Shown here: positions 9,541 to 20,841 of the stretch, piece by piece
Position numbering within the stretch: position 1 is the first letter of the stretch
Layout of the letters: each line of letters opens with the position of its first letter
NCBI GenBank assembly: GCA_041746255.1
Contig: JBGTHM010000014.1
Span: 17,713-81,712, forward strand
Direction of reading: 5' to 3'
Length of the DNA stretch: 64,000 nt
Source: Fibrobacteria bacterium
GTDB lineage: Bacteria; Fibrobacterota; Fibrobacteria; UBA11236
Translations under genes and position numbers: made by a program
The notes under the pieces: model-generated
The model's input: only the letters and a program-made list of their open reading frames with translations
Told to the model about the DNA's origin: nothing
Databases searched by the model: none

Positions 9541-10675
9541 TTTCTCCGTAGCGGCCCAGAAAAGCAACGCTCTGGTGGGTGGGGCCAAGGCGGGTATTCC
9601 CTGGACCTTCGAAACGTCGCTTGGGGGTACCCAGCTATGGGAGGACGGCTCCGCGGCGGACGCCTTTGCAAGTTACCAGCTTATGGCGAGCGGACGATTC
9701 GTCTTCCAGCCGCTGGCCTGGGCTTGGTTTCAAACGGGGTTACAATCGGCCAGTACCCGTATCCCCGAAGCTACGTCCGAAGTCAACGAGCCGGTATCCC
9801 TGAGCGCGATAGCCAATGTGGAAATCATTCCCGCCTTCTTGTACGCTAATTTTGGTTTCGCTTTTTCTTTTTTTGAGGAAACCTTACCCCTCGAAGACAG
9901 TGCGGCATTGTTCGATTTTCAAAACGGGTACCGCTACGGATTGCTTCCCTTGGGGTTGAATGTCAAAACCCTTTTCGGCGGAACCTTTCTGCGGCAAGAC
10001 TGGGGCCCTTGGCTGCTTTTGACGGGATTCAGCATGGGACGCTCGGCTCCCGTGACGTTGTACGAAGACCATACCTTTACGCCTCCCCACTTGATCAACG
10101 GCTCCTTCCGCCTACGCCATAGAAAACAGGATGCGGATCACAGAATCGAAATTGCGGCCACCTATTTTTCTGAAGAAAAGAACGCCGCGCAGGAAGCGGC
10201 GCATCAAGAAGGCATGCGATGGTATTTCCGTTACAGTCTGACGCAATTGTTCAACAGCAAGGGCCTGGAGGTGGCATTGGGGGGCGTCTGGCACGCTGAA
10301 GATAAAAATCGCCGATTGCTGATCCGGTCCGAATTGGAGCACCTTGGAACCAATGATAACCTGCAGCGGATTTTCGTCGACGGCACTTGGATTTGGCGGG
10401 TGAAGCCGAAATGGCTGGCCCACCTTTATCTGAGGCCGTCGCTGGTTTTCCAGGCCGGTGCGGATAGCAAGTGGGGGTATGAAACCGAGGTTTTCCTCCG
10501 TTCCCGTATGCGTTTTTTCGGCTCGCATGATTTCGAAGTCGCGCCGGGAGCGTTGCTGGGCCGTTTCCATGGCCAACCTGTAGCGGCCGTGGCATTCAGG
10601 GCGAAATATGCTTTCCACCATCTTCCGGCCATCAATGACGAATTCGCCTGGGAATCGGTAGATGCGCGCAAATGA
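9464..10675 (+). CDS. hypothetical secreted protein, probably an outer-membrane beta-barrel
   Basis: Clear signal peptide (MKTKIRTRPFATRAVTYAVLFVWVGSFSVAAQ), aromatic/Gly-rich alternating pattern, and an ending rich in Phe/Trp. Start trimmed from the track start (9416) to the ATG at 9464. Confidence 0.5.
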   Translation: MKTKIRTRPFATRAVTYAVLFVWVGSFSVAAQKSNALVGGAKAGIPWTFETSLGGTQLWEDGSAADAFASYQLMASGRFVFQPLAWAWFQTGLQSASTRIPEATSEVNEPVSLSAIANVEIIPAFLYANFGFAFSFFEETLPLEDSAALFDFQNGYRYGLLPLGLNVKTLFGGTFLRQDWGPWLLLTGFSMGRSAPVTLYEDHTFTPPHLINGSFRLRHRKQDADHRIEIAATYFSEEKNAAQEAAHQEGMRWYFRYSLTQLFNSKGLEVALGGVWHAEDKNRRLLIRSELEHLGTNDNLQRIFVDGTWIWRVKPKWLAHLYLRPSLVFQAGADSKWGYETEVFLRSRMRFFGSHDFEVAPGALLGRFHGQPVAAVAFRAKYAFHHLPAINDEFAWESVDARK

Positions 10676-10713
10676 GGCTGGAACAGGGTGGGGCCAATGC
10701 AGTTGAATAAGGG

Positions 10714-12258
10714 ATGGGCGTAATGGAAAAATCGGAATGGTCTGCAGGTAGCCTCTCGGCGGGAATGGACGCCTTGAAGGCGGCGAAACGGGAGTTGGAG
10801 AAGGGCCGGCCGGTGTCGCAATCCATCCGCCGCATTGCCCATATCCTCCGGGTTGCGGGAGTCCGACATGGATTGGAAAACCTGAGTGTCAGCGCATTGG
10901 GCGTGGAATCGGCCGACGAAAAACAGCTTGCCCCGGCGCTCGACAGACTCATTTGGGAATTGAACAAGATCAGCGGAAAGCTCCCTTTCGCGGAGCCATC
11001 CACGGTTTTGATTGTGGAAGAGGACGCGCAGATGACGCGCCTGCTTATCAGCGTATTGGGCGGCCCGGATCGCCGGGTACTCACCGCGAAAAGCGCGGCC
11101 GAAGCCCAAGCCATCATCGACAAATCCCCGGTGCATATTGTAGTGCTGGATTTATCCTTGCCCGACATGGACGGCAGGGATTTCCTGATCCGAATCAAGG
11201 AGCGTTCGATAACGTCGGAGTTACCCGTGTTGGTGCTCTCCGGCCAAGCGGGCGCTCAGACGAAAACCGAATGTTTCGCATTGGGCGCGGAAGGGTATTT
11301 CGAAAAACCCATCGCCCCCGAAGTATTGAAAGCCGTGGTTTCCTCCCGACTCGAGAGGGCGCTTAAAGACAAGCGGGAAATCCGGCAGGATTCGCTTACG
11401 GGCCTACCCAACCGTGCCGGCTGCTACGACGCATTCCGCCGCATGTCGGCATTATCCGCCCGGAAACGTGAGTCGATGACTCTCGGCCTTATCGACTTCG
11501 ATTGGCTGCAGCTGGTCAACCAGACGTTCGGGCATGTCCAAGGCGACCGCGTATTGCGTCAAGCCGTGCACGTTATGCTGCAAGCCCTGCGAAAATCCGA
11601 CTTGCTGGCGAGATGGGGGGGTGATCAATTCCTCTTGCTGCTTCCCGGAACCGATATGGAAGGCGCAAAAGTCGCCTTGGCAAAAGTGCAGGCGGATATT
11701 CTGGAAGCGGGCGCTTGGCTCGAAAACGAGCGTATTTCCCTCGCCTTTTCCGCGGGAATCATGGCCGTGCCTCCGCAAGCCCAGTTGGAAGACTGTCTTG
11801 CGGAAGCCGACAGGTTGCTTTACCTCGCCAAGGCCGGAGGCCGAAGCCGCATTCTTTCCAGCAGCGACGGGATGCGGATTTCGCGCACGTCGATTCTTTG
11901 GCTGGGAGGCGATCCCATTCTGTCTTCGGCGGCGCGCGAAGCGCTGGAAAACGAAGGTTTTGATGTGGCGGTATGTTCCGGTCCCAGCCAAGTCGCCGCT
12001 GAAGCGGGAGTCAGGCCTTTTTCCCTGGCGATCATCGATTTGCCGGGCCATGCGCTGGGCAGGGAGCCAAGTGCCCTCCCTCCGGAATTACAGGCTTGTC
12101 CGGAAGGGGCGCCGCAGCTGCTTTTATTGGAACCGGGTTCGGAAACCCTGTTCCCCTTTATCCCCCCGGAACGGGTACGCGATTACCTGTATAAACCCTT
12201 TTCAGCCTATCAGCTGACGGCTTGCGTACACAATCTGCTGCGAAAAGAGGTCCATTGA
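10714..12258 (+). CDS. response regulator with a degenerate GGDEF domain (retained I-site) plus a C-terminal receiver-like domain; possible HPt-like N-terminus
   Basis: Receiver motifs LIVEEDAQMTRLL...VVLDLSLPDMDG. GGDEF-domain region SLTGLPNRAGCYDAF...RKSDLLARWGGDQF has RxxD + GGDQF, i.e. the I-site is kept but the active-site Glu is replaced by Gln. The C-terminal 150 aa is receiver-like. The N-terminal 100 aa contains AHILRVAGVRHG, which may be an HPt histidine motif (weak). Confidence 0.65.
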   Translation: MGVMEKSEWSAGSLSAGMDALKAAKRELEKGRPVSQSIRRIAHILRVAGVRHGLENLSVSALGVESADEKQLAPALDRLIWELNKISGKLPFAEPSTVLIVEEDAQMTRLLISVLGGPDRRVLTAKSAAEAQAIIDKSPVHIVVLDLSLPDMDGRDFLIRIKERSITSELPVLVLSGQAGAQTKTECFALGAEGYFEKPIAPEVLKAVVSSRLERALKDKREIRQDSLTGLPNRAGCYDAFRRMSALSARKRESMTLGLIDFDWLQLVNQTFGHVQGDRVLRQAVHVMLQALRKSDLLARWGGDQFLLLLPGTDMEGAKVALAKVQADILEAGAWLENERISLAFSAGIMAVPPQAQLEDCLAEADRLLYLAKAGGRSRILSSSDGMRISRTSILWLGGDPILSSAAREALENEGFDVAVCSGPSQVAAEAGVRPFSLAIIDLPGHALGREPSALPPELQACPEGAPQLLLLEPGSETLFPFIPPERVRDYLYKPFSAYQLTACVHNLLRKEVH

Positions 12259-12267
12259 GCGCAGCAT

Positions 12268-13842
12268 TCAAGCATAGACTTTGAAATCGATTTCCTGGAA
12301 AATCGTATCGGTGTTTTCCAGGTTGGATAAAAAGGCCGCATGGACGGAGTCGGCTTTTATCTGGCGATAGAGTTCGAGGGTGTTGTGGATGTGGACGCGG
12401 GTTCGCTTCACGGCGTATTCCACCGTGGTTCCGGTTTTCATGATGAACCCCCAGTCGGACGCCTGGGCCAAAAGCAGTTCGCGGGCCATTTGTTTGCGCG
12501 CCCTATCGAATAAATCACCCGTCGATGGAAGTTTCGCGGCTTCATGCATGCATTCGGCGGCGTGATGCAGATGAGGATAGATCCATTCATTGGACCCGTT
12601 GAGCCAGACCTCCGAATAACCGCCCGCTCCCCACGACGAAAGGCCCGGATTCGATTTGGGAATGCCGCCATGCCTCTCCAGGTAATCGCGTGGCGTCGAC
12701 AGTTGGATTTCATCCTGTTCGGTCATGACTTTACGCATAACCGTACCTAACCACTGCGGCCCTTCGAACCACCAATGCCCGAAAAGTTCGGCATCGTAGG
12801 GGCTGATGATGTTGGGCGGGGTATCCAGGTGCGGCGCGAGATGCCTGACCTGTAATTGGCGGTTGAAAAGGAAGTTGGCGGCATGATCGCGCACCGCGTC
12901 TTTGGCCCATTGTTCCACATAGGGCTCTTTATACTGGCCGCTGCCGGTGATCCGGTGGTATTTGATGCCCGTATTGGTACGGATTCCCATGGGATGAATG
13001 TACGGTCGGATATAATCCATGTCCAAATCATGTCCGATATCCCGATAAAATTCCCGATACCGGTAATCACCGGGATATCCTTCTTCGGCTGACCATACCG
13101 CTTTGGAAGACTCGTGATCGCGCGCGAAGCAGAATGTGCCCGCTTCGGTTTCGATGGGTGCGTGCACGCCCTTGGGCGAAGGCGGCAGGGCTTGCAGGAT
13201 GCCGTGCGTGTCCACGAAAAAATAGCGAAGCCCGGCGTCTTTGATTTTCCGATCCAGGCCACGGTAGTATCCGCACTCGGCCAGCCAGATGCCCCAGGGG
13301 TCTTGGCCGAAATGCTTGATATAATTGGTTACCGCAATTCCCAATTGCGCGTCCACCGCCTTGGGCGTCTGGCGGAGATTCGGCAGAAATCCGTGCGTCG
13401 CGCAGCAGGTGATGATTTCCAGATTCGCCGACTTCTGGAATTTACGGAATCCGTTCAGAAGGTTGCGGTCGTATTTCATGAAGGTGCGGTGGCAGTCTTC
13501 GAACATATTACGGTACATGGCCGCAAGATAGCAGAAGGGAGGGAAATTCTTGGTGCGCGAGCATTCCTTCTCGGCCAGTTCACGCAGTCTATTGAGGTGA
13601 TTGAGGTAACGGTTTTGTAAAAGCTCGTCCGCCAGCATTTCGCAAAGCGGAGGGGTGATGCTCATGGTTATTTTGAAGGGCAGGCCCTCCCGCTCCATGG
13701 CTTCGAACTGTTGCAACAGCGGTATGTAGGTTTCCGTTATCGCTTCGTAAAGCCACTCCTCTTCGAGGAAGCGGGGGTGTTCCGGGTGCCGGACAAAGGG
13801 AAGATGCGCGTGAAGGACGAAGTTAAGATACCCCGTCAGCAA
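12268..13842 (-). CDS. glycoside hydrolase family 57 protein (1,4-alpha-glucan branching-enzyme type)
   Basis: MLTGYLNFVLHAHLPFVRHPE...EWLYEAITETYIPLL is the GH57 N-terminal catalytic signature. 524 aa, consistent with GH57 branching enzymes. Confidence 0.8.
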   Translation of the reverse strand: MLTGYLNFVLHAHLPFVRHPEHPRFLEEEWLYEAITETYIPLLQQFEAMEREGLPFKITMSITPPLCEMLADELLQNRYLNHLNRLRELAEKECSRTKNFPPFCYLAAMYRNMFEDCHRTFMKYDRNLLNGFRKFQKSANLEIITCCATHGFLPNLRQTPKAVDAQLGIAVTNYIKHFGQDPWGIWLAECGYYRGLDRKIKDAGLRYFFVDTHGILQALPPSPKGVHAPIETEAGTFCFARDHESSKAVWSAEEGYPGDYRYREFYRDIGHDLDMDYIRPYIHPMGIRTNTGIKYHRITGSGQYKEPYVEQWAKDAVRDHAANFLFNRQLQVRHLAPHLDTPPNIISPYDAELFGHWWFEGPQWLGTVMRKVMTEQDEIQLSTPRDYLERHGGIPKSNPGLSSWGAGGYSEVWLNGSNEWIYPHLHHAAECMHEAAKLPSTGDLFDRARKQMARELLLAQASDWGFIMKTGTTVEYAVKRTRVHIHNTLELYRQIKADSVHAAFLSNLENTDTIFQEIDFKVYA

Positions 13843-15083
13843 ACCGTCAATTCCTTGAGATTGTATAAGAACGATTCGGTCATCCCGCTTCGGGAAGTAA
13901 GCGTCATATTGATATTGTTCTTCTCCACGGGAAGCAGGATGCGGAAATAACCGTCTGCGTCGGTGACGACGTTCCGGTCGTCGACTTTAACGGCGGTTCC
14001 CGGCCTGACCTTGCCTTTGATTTCCAGTTCGGCGGGAATGGGTCCCCGTCTGCCGCTCCAGTCTGTTTCCGGAGCCTTCGTCATGCGGGAGCTGGAGCTG
14101 AAGATGTCCGAGCTGGGATTGAAGAAATCCATGAAGGCGCCGTTGCCTTCGAGGATGAAATGTTCTGAACTGCCGAAGTGCATGGTGCGGGAACCGCCAC
14201 GCAGCAGAATGTTTTCGTTTTCGAGACGACGCTGGGTTTTTCTCCAGGTTTCGGGCAGTTCGGAGGCTTCCGAGGCGATAATGGAAATGAAATGCCCGTT
14301 GTCGCTAAGCCAACCCAATTCGATTTGGTAGGTCTGTCCGCTATCGGGAACCTTGAACCACCATTTGCGCTCCATGAAATGCACGGGAATGAAGGTGAAG
14401 TTCGTCTCGAAAAGATCACGCGAGTCCCAATTGATTTTCAGAACTTCGCGATAGGTTTCGGTGGCGTCGCGTTTTTCTTGGGATTTCCGCTCCACCAGGT
14501 CCGAGGTAAGCTCCCAATAACTGAACATCCATTCCGGGTCCTTGGGCATCAATACCAATTTGTCCTGATAATATTCACGAGGCAAATCCGGAGTATGGTC
14601 GGGAAAACCGAAGGGCCGGTGGGTTTCGAATTGCAGAAAAGTTTTGGCCCGCAAGGTTTTATCGGGACTGGAGCCCGGCTCGATGATCGCCAGGGTCAGC
14701 TCTTCCAAGGGGCTGGCTTCTTTTGGGCGGGAGTCTGCTACACGGTTGGTTTTGCGATTGGTCTTGGGGCTTCCGTTCGTAGCGGAGGTCTTTTCCGCTC
14801 TGGATGCTTCAGTCGATGTGGAGGTTTTTACAAGGGTTTCCGGTTTGGCGGCCTTTCCGAATCCAATCTTGGCGGCAACCCTTTTTACCGCAGCCTTAAT
14901 CCGCGATTTGCCTTCCGGTTTGGAAGTGGCTGCCTTCTCTGCGGCTTTCCCTGCTTTTTCCTTAGGGAGGCCGGCTTGCTTGGCAGCGGACTTGGTTGTG
15001 TCCGAAGGTTTTTGAGTTTTCCGCGTTGCGGATTTTTTATCAGGCTTCTTATTCATGTTCCGCTCCTGGCTTGATGAAATCAT
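13836..15083 (-). CDS. hypothetical protein with a Lys/Ala-rich N-terminal tail (possibly DUF4912-like), translationally coupled to the GH57 gene
   Basis: 415 aa. The first roughly 100 aa are K/A/T/S-rich and low complexity (histone H1-like). The conserved C-terminal region has W/F/Y-rich motifs. Overlaps GH57 by 7 nt. The DUF4912 assignment is from memory of GH57 neighbourhoods and was not verified. Confidence 0.5.
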   Translation of the reverse strand: MISSSQERNMNKKPDKKSATRKTQKPSDTTKSAAKQAGLPKEKAGKAAEKAATSKPEGKSRIKAAVKRVAAKIGFGKAAKPETLVKTSTSTEASRAEKTSATNGSPKTNRKTNRVADSRPKEASPLEELTLAIIEPGSSPDKTLRAKTFLQFETHRPFGFPDHTPDLPREYYQDKLVLMPKDPEWMFSYWELTSDLVERKSQEKRDATETYREVLKINWDSRDLFETNFTFIPVHFMERKWWFKVPDSGQTYQIELGWLSDNGHFISIIASEASELPETWRKTQRRLENENILLRGGSRTMHFGSSEHFILEGNGAFMDFFNPSSDIFSSSSRMTKAPETDWSGRRGPIPAELEIKGKVRPGTAVKVDDRNVVTDADGYFRILLPVEKNNINMTLTSRSGMTESFLYNLKELTVC

Positions 15084-15116
15084 TCGAAGCCGATGACGGA
15101 ACGCCCTATGGGGTTC

Positions 15117-16289
15117 TCACCGGCTATTTCTCGAAGACCGCCCCCAATTTCCAACACCCGTTAAAGAAAGCGACAACTTCACGTAATCTTCGGAAATCAA
15201 ATTAATTTCTGTAGACCCTCGATGTCCATAGGCTACAGCGACATTTAAATTTCCTCCTCGTCTACCCAACGGCAGGCCGGTGCCGACAGCGAGAAAATAA
15301 TGATTCGCTGCATCTAAAGATAGATATTCATATCCCACGCCTCCCCGCAAGGCGATTTTCTTGTGGTAGGGGTCGTATAGGCCGCCGGTTCCAACCTTTT
15401 CAAACCCAAACCCCACCAGATGAGAGGGATTCACATCCCCGTTCACTTCGAATAGCAAGGAAGAATAGTCCGCGGTCAACACTTTGTTGGGCGACAATTT
15501 ATATGCTGTACCTAAGGCGAAACTCCAGGGAAACTCCTTTTCGAATTCAAGCCAATCCGGGGTTTCGACACCGGTTATGCTCCGTTTACGCTTTTGCGTC
15601 AAATCGGCGCCGGCGGAAACCGATCCCGCCAGGTTGAAAAGCCTGTGCCGAAACATGGCTGATAGGGCAGGGTAACCTCCGCTACTTTTCACCTGCAAGG
15701 TGTCTCCGGTTAAATTCCGGGAACCGTCTCCAATTCCGGTGAATTCGGATGCGAAAATGCTTCTTTCGCGGCCGATCAGCCAGTGGTACCCGGCTCCGAT
15801 GGCTATCCGGTTTCCGATGGGAAAGGCCCAAGCGGTGACCAATTCATGCAACCCTCCTTCAAATTGCAGGTTTTGCCGTACGTTCCCCTCATTTTCCATC
15901 GGCGAGAAGGAAAACTCCCGGGAAAAACGCTGCCAATACGACACACCGAAGTTACCGAGTTTTCCGGCATGGAAATCCATCCCGATAAGCGGAAGGGCGA
16001 AGGAGCCGGTGCGGTTCGATGTGGCCTCGTCGCGCAAATAATCCACATCGCCTTCGAAAGTAGCCGAAAAGGTGGTTTGTCGGCTGAAAGCCTGCCGGGA
16101 GTGATTAAGCGGTGCCACTCCCGGGTCTTCGCTGGCCATGCCCGAAGAGCCCATGGCCCGTTCACGCGTTCCATAAGGCATAAGCTGGATTCCCAGGTCG
16201 TTTGGCTTGAGGCCAAAGGGAGAGCTTTCGCCCCAGGCAAGAAATTGGGAAAGTCCGTAAATGAGAAAGAGCGAACGATAATGACGCAT
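15117..16289 (-). CDS. hypothetical outer-membrane beta-barrel protein
   Basis: Signal peptide MRHYRSLFLIYGLSQFLAWG. Alternating hydrophobic beta-strand pattern with many GxG/aromatic girdle residues. 390 aa. Confidence 0.5.
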   Translation of the reverse strand: MRHYRSLFLIYGLSQFLAWGESSPFGLKPNDLGIQLMPYGTRERAMGSSGMASEDPGVAPLNHSRQAFSRQTTFSATFEGDVDYLRDEATSNRTGSFALPLIGMDFHAGKLGNFGVSYWQRFSREFSFSPMENEGNVRQNLQFEGGLHELVTAWAFPIGNRIAIGAGYHWLIGRERSIFASEFTGIGDGSRNLTGDTLQVKSSGGYPALSAMFRHRLFNLAGSVSAGADLTQKRKRSITGVETPDWLEFEKEFPWSFALGTAYKLSPNKVLTADYSSLLFEVNGDVNPSHLVGFGFEKVGTGGLYDPYHKKIALRGGVGYEYLSLDAANHYFLAVGTGLPLGRRGGNLNVAVAYGHRGSTEINLISEDYVKLSLSLTGVGNWGRSSRNSR

Positions 16290-16303
16290 AGGGTTTTTCC
16301 GGT

Positions 16304-19148
<2,845 letters not shown>

Positions 19149-19175
19149 GGTTAAAGCCTGAGCGACGGGGCTGGG

Positions 19176-19502
19176 CTATTTGTCTTTTTTAAGGAGAGCG
19201 ACGACTTCGGGAACCATATCGATGGCTTTGCCGAAAACGTCCTTCTCTTTGGTCAAGCTCATGATTCGGGCGGTACCATCGGTGACGGCAATGAATGCCA
19301 CAGGCTCCACGGTAATGCCTCCACCGGATCCGGCCATCTCCCCTTTGCCGCTGTTGGATCCCATTCCGAAGCCGATGGAGACTTTCGAAACCGGCACCAA
19401 GGTGGTGTTCTCCAATTCGATGGGCTTCCCGATTACCGTATCGGTTTGGGCGATGAATTTCAGCTTTTCCAGGAGGGTCGACGCGAGGTTTTCAAGGCTC
19501 AT
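19176..19502 (-). CDS. GerW/YtfJ-family (Spore_YtfJ-like) small protein
   Basis: 108 aa with a Gly-rich core GMGSNSGKGEMAGSGGGITVEPVAFIAV, typical of the YtfJ/GerW family. Confidence 0.6.
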   Translation of the reverse strand: MSLENLASTLLEKLKFIAQTDTVIGKPIELENTTLVPVSKVSIGFGMGSNSGKGEMAGSGGGITVEPVAFIAVTDGTARIMSLTKEKDVFGKAIDMVPEVVALLKKDK

Positions 19503-19595
19503 GGTGCTAATATATCTTTCCGCCTTTCGATGGCAAAGAGTAGGAACCGTGAAGAAGGTAATTAAATAATGGAGGCGGTGAAGGGAGGCTCGCCG

Positions 19596-19669
19596 TGCGA
19601 GTGCCAGGATTCGAACCTGGAGTCTTCTGATTCGTAGTCAGATGCCTTATCCAGTTTGGCCACACCCGC
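19596..19669 (-). tRNA. tRNA-Arg (anticodon ACG)
   Basis: The reverse complement reads GCGGGTG...TCTGA-CTACGAA-TCAGA...CCAGG-TTCGAAT-CCTGG-CACTCGC-A. The cloverleaf has one G-U pair in the acceptor stem. Anticodon loop CTACGAA gives ACG. CCA is not encoded. Confidence 0.85.
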
Positions 19670-19745
19670 AGCAAGGCGAAAAGCTTGTCTGCTTGGCCTC
19701 CCTTTCAGCCGATTGGGGCAAAGGTACTAAACAGGGGCTGGGGCT

Positions 19746-20681
19746 TCAATGACTTTCCCGCTTCAGCACCACCCGTAGGCGGTAGAAACCAGCGAGTTGT
19801 TGGAACATATTGAGGCGTATGACGTAAAGACCGGGTGCTTCGGCATTTCCCACGCCGAGCTCAGCACGATGGCGGGCGAGGCCGGGTACGAACCCGTTGA
19901 ATTGCGCACGACCCAGGTTTCGGGTGGAATCCACCTGGATAGCGAGTTTGGGATTGGTGTCGTAAAAAAGGGAGTCGAATGAGGCTTCGGGGTAGGGCCC
20001 CAACAGTTCCAGTTTGATATTCATCGCTCGCGGACCGTCCAATAAGACGGATAGCGTGTCCATGGGGAGCAGGCGAATCAATTTCGCATCGCGCAAGTCA
20101 AGCGGGCTGCGTTGAGTCAGGCCGTCGAGCTTACCTTCGGTCCACAACGTATCTCCTGCGTCAATCGGGAGACGCCATCGGCTGGAGGTCCCGAAAAGCG
20201 TATCGACCTCATCCTCCCTGTCCCGGTCGAAAAAATCGACATCGGACCAAGTGTAGGGGGCGAAATCCAGCTGGATTTGTCCCCGGCGGTTGCCGGCCAG
20301 ATCGGTCAGGTGGGAAAGGACGATGGCAAAGGACTTGCCTATCTCGAAATGGGTACGCCCGAAATTTTTATGCGCCCCATGGATGAGCAATTTGCGATCG
20401 CCCTGGAAAAATTTGGAAATTCCATCGGACCCTATCGTGGGCAGAAATTCGACCGCCAAAGCGGCGGTATCGATGGGTTCGGAGAATTCAATCAAGACGG
20501 TATCGGTAACGCCAAACCGATATTTGCCATCGAGCTCGCTCAGATTCAGGGAGATTTCCGGAGCCCCTCGGTCCACTTCCTCGGTTGCGCACGAAGCTAA
20601 AAAAAATCCTGAGCCAAGGAGCAGCACGACCAGGGAAAGAGCCCGGGTCGAGAGAAGTGAGTCTCGAATTCGGTTTAGCAT
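19746..20681 (-). CDS. hypothetical lipoprotein
   Basis: Signal/lipobox MLNRIRDSLLSTRALSLVVLLLGSGFFLASC. Start set to the internal ATG at 20681; the track start is 20750. No known domain. Confidence 0.5.
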   Translation of the reverse strand: MLNRIRDSLLSTRALSLVVLLLGSGFFLASCATEEVDRGAPEISLNLSELDGKYRFGVTDTVLIEFSEPIDTAALAVEFLPTIGSDGISKFFQGDRKLLIHGAHKNFGRTHFEIGKSFAIVLSHLTDLAGNRRGQIQLDFAPYTWSDVDFFDRDREDEVDTLFGTSSRWRLPIDAGDTLWTEGKLDGLTQRSPLDLRDAKLIRLLPMDTLSVLLDGPRAMNIKLELLGPYPEASFDSLFYDTNPKLAIQVDSTRNLGRAQFNGFVPGLARHRAELGVGNAEAPGLYVIRLNMFQQLAGFYRLRVVLKRESH

Positions 20682-20841
20682 GGAATCGATTATACAATAT
20701 AATGCCATATGTGTCTTGACGGGTACGGAAAGAAACACCTCATAGTTCAAGCGGGCCGGGAAGGGATATTTTCTACTTTAAGGTGGTTAAGGCAATGGAC
20801 TTCGGTCGGCTGCGGGTAAGCCAATTGGGCGATTATCGGGT

